64,000 nucleotides of DNA from Candidatus Omnitrophota bacterium (lineage in GTDB: Bacteria; Omnitrophota; Gorgyraeia; Gygaellales; Profunditerraquicolaceae): the NCBI GenBank assembly GCA_025453395.1, contig JALOQK010000002.1:474509-538508 (forward strand), given 5' to 3'. Position 1 is the stretch's first letter. Every line of letters begins with the position of its first letter. Made by a program: the position numbers and the translations under genes. The notes below the pieces were generated by a model that searched no databases, had not been told where the DNA came from, and saw only the letters and a list, made by a program, of their open reading frames with translations. Shown here one piece after another: positions 1 through 8,976 of the stretch.

Positions 1-1
1 A

Positions 2-229
2 CTTACCCCTTATGTGCTTCTGTTAGCTGCAAGTATCGTGGCATCCATGACCCTTCTTATAGTCCTCTACCGCTGTTTGGCCCCTCTTCCGCGCATAGAG
101 AAAATCCTTGATCAAGTGCTGCAGGGAGACTACAGTAAACGTATCATCTTGCGCAAAAAAGACATGCTAGAAGCGATTGCGCTGCGAGTCAACCAGTTAA
201 TTGAAAGGCTGGAAAAGAACAAAAAATAA
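2..229 (+). CDS. C-terminal fragment of a membrane-anchored protein; the gene begins upstream of the window
   Basis: The frame is open from the window edge with no stop before the first ATG at 14. The fragment has a hydrophobic helix (LLLAASIVASMTLLIVL) followed by a charged helical tail. It is the only other plus-strand coding segment and lies convergent with the minus-strand block. Confidence 0.25.
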   Translation, partial: LTPYVLLLAASIVASMTLLIVLYRCLAPLPRIEKILDQVLQGDYSKRIILRKKDMLEAIALRVNQLIERLEKNKK

Positions 230-231
230 CC

Positions 232-1095
232 CTATCCGAATTTAATATCTACCGAAGTGTGCCCGAATTCCTGAAAGCGATTGGTCTTTATTTTCACGTC
301 ACAAGGGTTACAAAAACCGAACATACCGCACTTTCTATATTTATCCTCTAAAACAAACCCCCCGTCATAAAGAGAGCCTATGGGCTTAAAATCTTGATAC
401 ACATCGTGGTGACAACGAAAAATATCCGCCTTAGGATCAATCAAGAACTCTGTGCTTTTGCATAAAACATCCTTCGGATTGTTTAGATCAAAACATCCCG
501 GGTATTTATACTGCCCGTGCATTTTACCACGATACTCTCCTAAAAAGTCTTTAAGCCTAAAATCAATCCCCATCTTTTTTGCCTTCTCTTGAGAACTAAG
601 AATTTGTTTTTTGTATTTGGGATGCAAAACCGACCAGACCCCGATACTGAAGCCTTTGTCCTGTAAAGCTAAAACCTTTGATGCAGTCTTATTAAAATCC
701 ATGGTTTCGGGATGATAACTGACTCTTATAGATGCGTAAGGCGCCTGACGCTTAACCCTGTTAGGATTGACTTTCTTGGCAAAATCATCCGCATCAAATT
801 GCAAATTAGTCAATATATCTATTGTCAATCCTGGCTTCAAATGATTGATAATATAAATAAAATCCGGGTGCAGGCTTGGCTCTCCCCCCTGCAAGCTAAC
901 CGGAAGATCCGCGCGGGATTGGATGCGGTTTAACAACTCAACCCAATCTTTTCCAGAAATCATCTTACGCTTCTTAAGATTCCCCTCAAAATTATTAATG
1001 CAATAGCTGCATTTTAAATTACAGGCAAAGGTAAGAAAAACTCCGATATAATTATAAGAATCGGGTATTTTAATCGGCTTTAAAATCTTCTTCAT
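232..1095 (-). CDS. Small radical SAM enzyme with a Cys-rich C-terminal region
   Basis: CX3CX2C motif FACNLKCSYC near the N-terminus and a GGEP glycine-rich SAM motif. Six additional Cys in the C-terminal third (CFDL, CKS, RCHHD, KCGMFGFCNPC) suggest an auxiliary Fe-S cluster. Confidence 0.65.
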   Translation of the reverse strand: MKKILKPIKIPDSYNYIGVFLTFACNLKCSYCINNFEGNLKKRKMISGKDWVELLNRIQSRADLPVSLQGGEPSLHPDFIYIINHLKPGLTIDILTNLQFDADDFAKKVNPNRVKRQAPYASIRVSYHPETMDFNKTASKVLALQDKGFSIGVWSVLHPKYKKQILSSQEKAKKMGIDFRLKDFLGEYRGKMHGQYKYPGCFDLNNPKDVLCKSTEFLIDPKADIFRCHHDVYQDFKPIGSLYDGGFVLEDKYRKCGMFGFCNPCDVKIKTNRFQEFGHTSVDIKFG

Positions 1096-1817
1096 TTGTA
1101 TTTTGCCTTTAATTTAAAAAGCTCAAGAAAAGACGGGATGATTTCTTTAAATAAAGAAAACTTACTCCCTGCCACATCCTGCCATAGCCTAAGCGGATAC
1201 TCTACAACGCCCGATCCCTGCTTTAGAAGGCGCAGTATTATTTCCAGATCGAATAACCATTTTACAATAAACCTATCCTTAAAACAAATATCAATTACTT
1301 CCTTGCGAAAGATCTTTGCGCCGCACTGCGAATCATAAACTTTTATTTTCAAGACTACCCCCACCATCGTGGCAAAAAATCTTCCACAATAATGCCTAAA
1401 AGCAAAACGCTTTATAACAGATCCCAGGCGCAGCACCCTGCTTCCTAAGACAGCGCTGCAATCAGGATAAAGAGCTTTTTGGTAGCCCATGAAATCATTT
1501 AATTCTTCCAAAGGCGTTGCCAAATCCGCATCCCAGAAACCCGCCCAAGAAACATCTTTCCAGAAAGGCATTGTCTTCAGATGCAGCATGCCCTGACGCA
1601 CCGCCTCTTGTTTGCCATAGTTCTTATCCAACGACAGAATATGGACTCTTTGGCTTAAATGCCTTCTTATAACTTCCGCGGTAGAATCATTTGAACCATC
1701 ATCAACAAACAAGAAAAAAACATTATGGCCGCTTGATAGGAATTTATTCATATCAAGCCGCTTTTCTTCGTTATAACAAGGTATTACTAAGAAGATTATT
1801 TCTTGCAGACCATGCAT
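1092..1817 (-). CDS. Family 2 glycosyltransferase
   Basis: VIPCYNEE...FVDDGSNDST and a DAD (DXD-like) motif typical of the GT-A fold. There is a 4-nt overlap with the downstream gene. Confidence 0.8.
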   Translation of the reverse strand: MHGLQEIIFLVIPCYNEEKRLDMNKFLSSGHNVFFLFVDDGSNDSTAEVIRRHLSQRVHILSLDKNYGKQEAVRQGMLHLKTMPFWKDVSWAGFWDADLATPLEELNDFMGYQKALYPDCSAVLGSRVLRLGSVIKRFAFRHYCGRFFATMVGVVLKIKVYDSQCGAKIFRKEVIDICFKDRFIVKWLFDLEIILRLLKQGSGVVEYPLRLWQDVAGSKFSLFKEIIPSFLELFKLKAKYK

Positions 1818-2515
1818 ATTGACAACCCCGGCAATTTGATCCCTGCCTTGGATAGAATGCGATTCAGATAAAAATCAAAATTCAATAAACCTCTGAATAA
1901 AAAAGTAAGTGCGTGCCCTCGGCCAAATCTCCATCCTGACGCGCCACACTGGCATGAAACCCCAAAGAACTTTTCCTTTAATTTAATTATAGCCCGCGGC
2001 AAAACAAGCGTAGAATAGAAATAAAACCCTTCTTCCACTTTCAACCCTGAAACCTGAATTAATCCGGAAAGCTTCTGATAATTATACCTACGCAGATGCT
2101 TTAAAAATTTATCATGCCCGGTAAATAAAAATTGATAGGCCGGGACAGTTATGATAAATTCTGCACCGGGCTTGATTATCCTGTTCAGAGAATATAGAAA
2201 TCCTGCTTCATCCTCCACGTGCTCCAAAACATCTAAAGCTAAAACTACATCCACGCTTTCTTGAGGAATACTTGAAAGGCTATTAATCTTTTTTATCTTG
2301 CCATTCTTGTCCTCTTGAGCATAAGCTTTATCAAATGCCCAGATTTTATCGGCATAGCCTTCTAAAGATAAACTGAAAAATAAATCTCCGGATCCTATGT
2401 CAGCATACTGCAAACCAAAAGGCTTCTTCTTTAATAACATCAAAAGAGAATCTCGGCGAGATAATTCCCAGGGGTGCCGGTTACCTTTAAACGCGGTTTT
2501 CTCAATTAGATCCAT
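1796..2515 (-). CDS. Class I SAM-dependent methyltransferase
   Basis: Motif I-like YADIGSGDLF and a downstream LALDVLEHVEDE motif characteristic of Methyltransf_11/23-type enzymes. Confidence 0.65.
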   Translation of the reverse strand: MDLIEKTAFKGNRHPWELSRRDSLLMLLKKKPFGLQYADIGSGDLFFSLSLEGYADKIWAFDKAYAQEDKNGKIKKINSLSSIPQESVDVVLALDVLEHVEDEAGFLYSLNRIIKPGAEFIITVPAYQFLFTGHDKFLKHLRRYNYQKLSGLIQVSGLKVEEGFYFYSTLVLPRAIIKLKEKFFGVSCQCGASGWRFGRGHALTFLFRGLLNFDFYLNRILSKAGIKLPGLSICMVCKK

Positions 2516-3637
2516 CTAAATAAAATTAACATGCATTGGCGGCTTGCCTTGAGTTTTTTCAAGGGCGCAATTGCCGTTCTTTAAATCCCATAAGAATTCA
2601 TTTACCTTATGCTGCAAACACAAAGTCCCGCACATGGTCCTGGGGTCAAACTCATTCGAAGCAATCAAATCCATGACTTGCCAATAGCGCTTACTCTGCC
2701 AGATTTTCTTAAAAGAAGTTTGCGCAATATTGCCGATATGAAACTTTTTATATTTGCTGTTAAAAAGCATGCCGCAGGGCGCAACTAACCCTGACCCGGA
2801 GAATTGCATAATAAATGGCGGCCCGAAACAAGCGCTGTACTTTCTTTTGCCGCAACTTAGTATCTTCGACCATTTAGCCTTAACCAGGTACTTAGAATTG
2901 GAGATACTTTCGGCTTTTTTCAAAAGATCGGTCAACCCAAAATATTTATTGTAATCAACTCCCAGGGAGCCTGTTTCATCATCACTACAGTGCTTGACTA
3001 CTAAATAATCCACACCCAATTGTTTTCCTAACTTTGCCAAAGGGATCACCTGGTCGGCATATTGCGGCAAAAGCACCATCTGAAGCCCCAAAGTCACAGG
3101 AAACTTATTTTCTTTTTTTATCTTTACACAAGTTCTTATAATCTTAACGACTCTGTCAAAAGAGTTTTCTTCGCAACCCATAACCTTGGCATATTTGCCA
3201 GCAGTAGCTGCTGAAATATTAAACCGCAAATAGGTCAGATCTTTTAACAGCCCAGGCAGCCTTTGTTCTTTTAATAAAAACCCGTTAGTGCCCAAAGCCA
3301 TATCAAGGCCATTTTTCCTGCCTCTTTCCACAGCATCATAAAGATGCGGTGAGCAGGCGCTTTCTCCGTCGCTGACAAAACTTACCGCCTTTACCCCGAT
3401 ACTTGCGGAATCATCCAAAAAACGAAAAATCACATCGCGGGTCATCTTCTTTTCGTCGTTTGCCTGAAGCTTGCCGTAACAATAGACACAGCGGTAATTG
3501 CATCTTCTGGTCAACGCGCAATCAATAGTAATAGGCGCGATCCTTTCGCCGGCCAGCCATGCCTCTAATCTTTGGCGGTGCCAAAGAAGCTTATGCCCGT
3601 CTAAAACTATATTCTTGCCGGATATCTTATCTTGCAT
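2516..3637 (-). CDS. Radical SAM enzyme with a Cys-rich C-terminal SPASM/twitch-like region
   Basis: LTRRCNYRCVYCYG (CX3CX2C) plus Cys-rich C-terminal segments (CGKRKYSAC...CGTLCLQH). The C-terminus ends in ...HVNFI, the same ending as the rSAM at 6432-7496. Confidence 0.8.
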   Translation of the reverse strand: MQDKISGKNIVLDGHKLLWHRQRLEAWLAGERIAPITIDCALTRRCNYRCVYCYGKLQANDEKKMTRDVIFRFLDDSASIGVKAVSFVSDGESACSPHLYDAVERGRKNGLDMALGTNGFLLKEQRLPGLLKDLTYLRFNISAATAGKYAKVMGCEENSFDRVVKIIRTCVKIKKENKFPVTLGLQMVLLPQYADQVIPLAKLGKQLGVDYLVVKHCSDDETGSLGVDYNKYFGLTDLLKKAESISNSKYLVKAKWSKILSCGKRKYSACFGPPFIMQFSGSGLVAPCGMLFNSKYKKFHIGNIAQTSFKKIWQSKRYWQVMDLIASNEFDPRTMCGTLCLQHKVNEFLWDLKNGNCALEKTQGKPPMHVNFI

Positions 3638-3639
3638 AA

Positions 3640-4398
3640 TTAATCTTTGTTGTATCTTTGGTATGAAATGCTGTCTTTAATCAGGTTCAAGGGTTTTTCT
3701 TTTCTTAATAAATACACTTCAAGAAAAAGCTTGATGTAACCCTTGACTACTGCCCTGAATGAACGCCAGGAAATTGCCTTAGGATTGCCTGCCAAACGAG
3801 TCCGCAGGCGATAGGGAACCTGGGCGTAAAGATACCCTCTTTTTAAAAGGCGCACCAAGATATCTGTCTGAAAGAAAAAACCCTTATTGCGGCAGGATAA
3901 TGACTTTAGCACGCTTGTGCGGTACAACACCGTCCCGTTGGTATAAGTCAAACCGATCTTAAAAGTATAATTAATTATAGATACGTAGGCAGATGAAACC
4001 AGATTCCTAAAAGCCGACCGGGCATTGCGGTTAAAAACAAATGGGATAACCATATCAACATCTGACATAAGCCATAAATAGCGGATAATCTCTTCGGGCT
4101 TATTCTCGTTATCCCCGGGCAGCATACAGACAACCTCATGCCTTGCTTTATCAACCGCATCCCAAAAAGATGCCCCTATCCCGCAAGGCGTAACATGCTC
4201 AATAATGTCAACCTGGCCCGGGAAATCACGCATTAGCTCGCGCACCAATGATCCTGTTGCATCGGTGCTGCCGTCATTTACTACTAAAACCTCTGCCTTT
4301 ATCCCAAAGGCCTTGAAGGCATTCAAGGTATCCGTTACGGCAGCAACGATATTTTTCTCTTCGTTTAAAGCCGGCATGGCTACAGTTAAAGAAATCAT
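3640..4398 (-). CDS. Family 2 glycosyltransferase
   Basis: MPALNEEKNI...VVNDGSTDATG and LPGDNENKPEE; GT-A fold signature. Confidence 0.8.
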   Translation of the reverse strand: MISLTVAMPALNEEKNIVAAVTDTLNAFKAFGIKAEVLVVNDGSTDATGSLVRELMRDFPGQVDIIEHVTPCGIGASFWDAVDKARHEVVCMLPGDNENKPEEIIRYLWLMSDVDMVIPFVFNRNARSAFRNLVSSAYVSIINYTFKIGLTYTNGTVLYRTSVLKSLSCRNKGFFFQTDILVRLLKRGYLYAQVPYRLRTRLAGNPKAISWRSFRAVVKGYIKLFLEVYLLRKEKPLNLIKDSISYQRYNKD

Positions 4399-5451
4399 TT
4401 ATCCGCCTTTAGCTATTTTTCTAATCTTGCAAATAATATTTTCCAAGTTAGGATAAAATTCTTTCTCTAGGACATGGCTGGCCGGAGTCGGGACATCAGC
4501 AAGCGCGATCCTCTCTACGGGCCGTGCCAAGAAAGAAAAACAATTCTCCGTGATCATAGAGCTTATTTCGGCGCTTATCCCGCAAAAAGCATACCCAAAA
4601 TCAAGCACTATGGCTTTTTTTGTCTTCTTGACTGAAGAAAAAATAAGCTCTGCGTCTATGGGTTTAACAGTTCTTAGATCCACTATTTCAATATCTATGC
4701 CTTCATCTTGAAGCTTCTTACCGGCCTCAAGGGCAATCGCGGTCATAAAGGAGCTGGTAATAACGGTTACGTCTTTACCCTGCCTTCTTAACACAGGTTT
4801 GCCTAAAGGCACCAAATACGCCTCTTCCGGGACATAATCTTTATAATCAAAAAGCCATCTATGATCTATAAACATAACCGGATCAGGGCAAGCAATACTT
4901 GATAAAAGCAACCCCTTAGCATCATAAGCCGTTGATGGCATAACCACTCTTAAACCCGGAATATGCGCGAAAATAGCCTGGATCGGCTGTGAATGCTGGG
5001 CAGCTGATCCCCATCCCCCTCCAATGATCGCGCGGATTACTATGGGAAGATTAACTTTTCCGCCAAACATATATTTCCACTTCGCGGCGTGATTGATAAT
5101 CTGGTCCATAGAAACAAGCAAAAAATCCGTGCGCATATGGATTAATACCGGGCGCATACCGGCCAAAGACGCGCCAATAGCGATGCCGGTAAGAGTATTT
5201 TCGCAGATAGGGGTGTCAAACACCCTATCTTTAGAAAATTGCTTATGCAGATTCAAGGTTGTACCAAAAACTCCTGCCGGGTCATCTATGCCTTCCCCAA
5301 AGAGAAATACCTTAGGGTCTTGTTTTAAGGCAATAGCAAAAGCCTCGTGTATCGCCTGGCGATAAGTGATAAGCCTGTTTCCCGCCAGGGTATTATCCTC
5401 TGGCAAAACACGCAAATCCGACAGGTCTACAGGAACTTTATCCCATGACAT
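4399..5451 (-). CDS. ThDP-dependent 2-oxoacid dehydrogenase / transketolase-like E1 component, beta subunit
   Basis: ITYRQAIHEA...DPKVFLFGEGIDDPAGVFGTT...FDTPICEN..GIAIGASLAGMRPV matches the E1-beta pyrimidine-binding and transketolase C-terminal pattern. Confidence 0.8.
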   Translation of the reverse strand: MSWDKVPVDLSDLRVLPEDNTLAGNRLITYRQAIHEAFAIALKQDPKVFLFGEGIDDPAGVFGTTLNLHKQFSKDRVFDTPICENTLTGIAIGASLAGMRPVLIHMRTDFLLVSMDQIINHAAKWKYMFGGKVNLPIVIRAIIGGGWGSAAQHSQPIQAIFAHIPGLRVVMPSTAYDAKGLLLSSIACPDPVMFIDHRWLFDYKDYVPEEAYLVPLGKPVLRRQGKDVTVITSSFMTAIALEAGKKLQDEGIDIEIVDLRTVKPIDAELIFSSVKKTKKAIVLDFGYAFCGISAEISSMITENCFSFLARPVERIALADVPTPASHVLEKEFYPNLENIICKIRKIAKGG

Positions 5452-5469
5452 TTTTATTTCGCCTTTTGC

Positions 5470-6429
5470 TTAATAAATATCTGTGCGTAAATCTTCTTTT
5501 TCCGGATAGGGGCTTTTTACGGCAAATTCCCAAGCCTCTTTTACTTCTTCATCTGCTCTATGTTCTATATCCAAAAGTTCATTTTCTTTTAATAATTTAT
5601 TGGCAAGAATCTGACGATGAAATCTTTTATAAGGGCATTTCTTCATCCACTTTTCCACTTCTTCTCTGGCGCGAAACCCTTTTTCAATATCCGTCTCCGG
5701 TCCCACATGGGTACGAAAACGATAGGTGCGCGCCTCTATAAAACAAGGGCCAGAACCTTTTCTGATGCGCGCAATAAAATCGCCTGATTTCTTATAAACT
5801 TGGATTACATCATTTCCATCAAGAAGCGCTTTGGGCATAGAGAAAAAATCTGCTATTTTATAAATATCTGGATTTGCCTGCCGAACCTTTTGTGAAGAAT
5901 TAGTCGCGTAGAAATTATTTTCGCAAACAAAAAGAATGGGCAGTTTCTTTAATTTGGCGAAATTCATACTCTCAAAGAATGTCCCCTGCTCTATTGCCCC
6001 ATCACCAAGGAAAATTACCACAATCTGCCTTTGCCTCTGTAATCTTACTGCCAATGCCGCTCCTGTCCCAATAGGAATTCCACCTGCCACAATGGCACTT
6101 GTGCCGAAAATAGAATTTTCTAAAGATACCATATGGGTGGAACCGCCCTTGCCCGAAGAACAACCGGTTTTCTTGCCATAAAGCTCGGCAAACATCTCTT
6201 TAATATCCGCGCCCTTGGCAATCAAGTGCCCGTGGTTACGGTGATAGCTAAAAAGATAATCGCTTTTCTTTAGATGCGCGCATACCCCTGTGGCAATTGC
6301 CTCTTGGCCGATATAAAGATGCACTGGGCAACGCATTTGCTGTTCGGGATAGTGCTGAATGATTTTATCCTCAAACTTGCGGATTTTAACCATCCGATAA
6401 TACAAATCTTTGATTATTCTTTTATCCAT
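5470..6429 (-). CDS. ThDP-dependent 2-oxoacid dehydrogenase / transketolase-like E1 component, alpha subunit
   Basis: YRMVKIRKFEDK...HLYIGQEA...YHRNHGH and the ThDP-binding GDGAIEQG...(x)...NNFYA motif. No E2 or E3 gene is adjacent. Confidence 0.85.
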   Translation of the reverse strand: MDKRIIKDLYYRMVKIRKFEDKIIQHYPEQQMRCPVHLYIGQEAIATGVCAHLKKSDYLFSYHRNHGHLIAKGADIKEMFAELYGKKTGCSSGKGGSTHMVSLENSIFGTSAIVAGGIPIGTGAALAVRLQRQRQIVVIFLGDGAIEQGTFFESMNFAKLKKLPILFVCENNFYATNSSQKVRQANPDIYKIADFFSMPKALLDGNDVIQVYKKSGDFIARIRKGSGPCFIEARTYRFRTHVGPETDIEKGFRAREEVEKWMKKCPYKRFHRQILANKLLKENELLDIEHRADEEVKEAWEFAVKSPYPEKEDLRTDIY

Positions 6430-6431
6430 AT

Positions 6432-7496
6432 TTAAATAAAATTAACGTGAATGGGGGGATTTTTAAGTTCCCAAAGATAGTTATTTACTTCATCCATGCG
6501 GCAGCACAAACGGCAATTATGCATATCCCACGAATTTTTCATCAACTTCTCTAATTTCCTTCTTTGAGCAGATTTCCAAATCTGCTCAAAAGAGCCTTTA
6601 TAAATATTCCCGTAACAAAAACGTTTATCGGAAATAAAAGCGCTGCAGGCATAAAGATCGCCATTTGAAACAAGATGCGCCCAGAATGGCAGCGCAAGGC
6701 ACTTTTTATAATTTCTTTCCTGGTTTAACTTTGCCATAGTATTGGCTCGAAAAATAACCTTAAATCGATCATCTGAAAAAGTGTCAAGTTTATCTTCAAG
6801 CTCACGCATTTTATTATAGGAAATAGTCTTGGACAAGCGATTAATGCTCTTGGGATGTTGTGAATACGGCTTAACAACCAGATAATCCGCGCCTAAGCCC
6901 TTTACAAGCTTTGCCATTTTAAGAACTTCTTTATTATTTTCCTTAATAAGTAGAAACTGCACTCCGATGACACAAGAATATTGATGTTTTCTCTTAACAG
7001 ATACCGCGTTTTTAATATTGGCTACTATTTTATAAAAGCTTTCTTTTGTGTTTCCATGGATGCGCGCGTAATTATTAGCTGTCGCAGCGTTAAAACTAAT
7101 CCTCAGCCAGCTTAAATACGGCAAGATAGATGAGGCTATCTTGCCGCTTAAAAGCGTGCCGTTTGTGGTTAAGGCAACATCTAAGAGCTTTTCTCTAGCA
7201 TGCCTGATTATGCTTACCAGGCCAGGATGCAAAAGCGGCTCGCCCTCGCCAGAGAATAAAATACTTTTCAATCCGGACCTGGAAACTTCAGATATAAACT
7301 TCTTTAAAACTTTCTCCGATAGGTACTGCGGCTTATAATTTAAATAATCAAAGGCGCAAAAGATACAGCGGTTATTACAGGCCCCGGTCAAGGAAATCTC
7401 CATATATAAAGGAGAGATGTCTTTTCCTTCAAGCCATTGATTCACCCGTCCGACATGATAAATTAATTTATGCGAATCAATACGGTATTTATCCAT
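6432..7496 (-). CDS. Radical SAM enzyme with a Cys-rich C-terminal SPASM/twitch-like region; paralog of 2516-3637
   Basis: LTGACNNRCIFCAF and C-terminal cysteines (CSAFISDKRFC...CRLCCRMDE). The C-terminus ...YLWELKNPPIHVNFI parallels ...FLWDLKNGN...MHVNFI in 2516-3637. Confidence 0.8.
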   Translation of the reverse strand: MDKYRIDSHKLIYHVGRVNQWLEGKDISPLYMEISLTGACNNRCIFCAFDYLNYKPQYLSEKVLKKFISEVSRSGLKSILFSGEGEPLLHPGLVSIIRHAREKLLDVALTTNGTLLSGKIASSILPYLSWLRISFNAATANNYARIHGNTKESFYKIVANIKNAVSVKRKHQYSCVIGVQFLLIKENNKEVLKMAKLVKGLGADYLVVKPYSQHPKSINRLSKTISYNKMRELEDKLDTFSDDRFKVIFRANTMAKLNQERNYKKCLALPFWAHLVSNGDLYACSAFISDKRFCYGNIYKGSFEQIWKSAQRRKLEKLMKNSWDMHNCRLCCRMDEVNNYLWELKNPPIHVNFI

Positions 7497-7498
7497 TA

Positions 7499-8425
7499 TT
7501 ATTTCTTGAGGATCTTTTTTACTTCCTCGAACGCCTGTTTAGGGGTTATAAAATACATGCAGTTTTTCTTTTGATGGCATTCTCTCTGTAAACAGGGGAC
7601 ACAAGAATAGCCTGTTTCAGGCGTAATAATTTTGCCCAAATCATACAGATAAACCTCAGAAGAAGAGCTGGGGCCAAAGAATGCGATAATCTTTTTCTTT
7701 AAAGCAATCGCCAGATGCATCCCTAAGCTGTCATTTGTAATAATCATCTTACAGGAATTAATCCAATCCATATATTCATAAAGATTATTAAGCCCCTTTT
7801 GCCGGGTAACAGAATATTTCCCCTTAAGCATTTCTTCCAGGCTATCCCAATATTGCGCTGGCCAGCTTTTATTCCTCCACTTATCTCCTACCGCCCAGTT
7901 AAAGCCAATATCGTAAATTACTTTATTAGAAGGCTTATAGCCAAGCACATATTCTTCTTTATTCCATTTTTGGTCAATCATTTCAGCTAATGCTTCCTGC
8001 CAATAACGTATGTTTTTCTTTTTTTTATCATCATCAAGGCACAAGGCAAGCACCTTCTCTGCCCCATCATAGCTCTGGGCTTTGCCCTCATATTCATCAA
8101 AGCGAAAACCAAATCTCCTCCAGGCGCTAATAGAATCTGCCAAAGCGCAAATCCCGGGGACCTTCTCAAGATTAATTACAGTGTCGAACCTCTCCCTTTG
8201 AAGCTGCAAGACATTCTCCAGATTATAAGTCATGATCCTTTTGATGCAAGAATTACCCTCTAAAAGTTGGCGCGCCTTTTCATCAACCAGCCAGCTTATA
8301 TGGTCATTCTTAAAAAAATTAAGTATGACAGTGGTGCGGATAACATCTCCTAAACTTGTGGTAGTGGAAGTCTCTTTATCCAACGTCTCCGAATAGCCCA
8401 GTTTTATAATAAGCACCTTGCCCAT
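7499..8425 (-). CDS. Family 9 glycosyltransferase (heptosyltransferase-like)
   Basis: N-terminal GKVLIIKLGYSETLD...SLGDVIRTT...ISWLVDE and C-terminal NDSLGMHLAIALKKKIIAFFGPS match the GT9 (RfaC/RfaF/RfaQ-type) conserved ends. AAGGAG lies 7 nt upstream of the ATG. Confidence 0.8.
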   Translation of the reverse strand: MGKVLIIKLGYSETLDKETSTTTSLGDVIRTTVILNFFKNDHISWLVDEKARQLLEGNSCIKRIMTYNLENVLQLQRERFDTVINLEKVPGICALADSISAWRRFGFRFDEYEGKAQSYDGAEKVLALCLDDDKKKKNIRYWQEALAEMIDQKWNKEEYVLGYKPSNKVIYDIGFNWAVGDKWRNKSWPAQYWDSLEEMLKGKYSVTRQKGLNNLYEYMDWINSCKMIITNDSLGMHLAIALKKKIIAFFGPSSSSEVYLYDLGKIITPETGYSCVPCLQRECHQKKNCMYFITPKQAFEEVKKILKK

Positions 8426-8456
8426 ATCTTCTCCTTAAGTTAGATATCGAAAGTAT

Positions 8457-8488
8457 ATTATATCAGATATCATACTTTTCTGAATCAA
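8457..8488 (-). promoter_or_regulatory. Candidate internal sigma70-like promoter with extended -10 (TTGATT-17-TGATATAAT) upstream of the GT9 gene
   Basis: Minus-strand reading gives TGATATAAT, overlapping the TGA stop of the upstream gene, with TTGATT 17 nt upstream. AAGGAG Shine-Dalgarno and ATG follow about 25 nt downstream. Confidence 0.3.
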
Positions 8489-8972
8489 AATTCAACACGG
8501 CGCTCCAGAATTTAGAAAAAAGCGCTGCCCAATAAAGTAACCCGCCGTTTAGCTTATACTTGCCATCTTGAAGCCTGACTGCCTTAATTTTAAGCAAACG
8601 CTGAAGCCTTATATCCAGCATCAAATCCGCGGAGTAAATATTTTTTAGTTGATCAAAAGTCAAAGCATCAGGGCTTTCTTTTATTTCATAGAGGATGCGG
8701 ATGCGCCGCGCAGTTTCGCTCATGTTAAAAATATGAAAATACGCGTGCCCCAAAGAAAAATAAACAAGCCCCATATATAGAATATACAAAGCGCTTAATT
8801 CTGCTTTGGCGAAAAATACGCCCAGCAGTAAAACTATCGGAAAGGCAGAAAACACAGCTAAAATAGCCGCCATTTGCGCTGAAGCAATAATTTTACTCAA
8901 GTATCTGGAAAATGCCGCGTGCAGCAGGATAATTAACAAAGGGATGCTCAAAATAATACCTATTAAGCCCAT
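8463..8972 (-). CDS. Small integral membrane protein (about 3 TM plus a soluble C-terminal domain), function unknown
   Basis: Three hydrophobic helices in the first 80 aa, then a charged C-terminal domain. Organisation is similar to the adjacent 8977-9474 product, so the two may be paralogs. Confidence 0.4.
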   Translation of the reverse strand: MGLIGIILSIPLLIILLHAAFSRYLSKIIASAQMAAILAVFSAFPIVLLLGVFFAKAELSALYILYMGLVYFSLGHAYFHIFNMSETARRIRILYEIKESPDALTFDQLKNIYSADLMLDIRLQRLLKIKAVRLQDGKYKLNGGLLYWAALFSKFWSAVLNFDSEKYDI

Positions 8973-8976
8973 TTTC

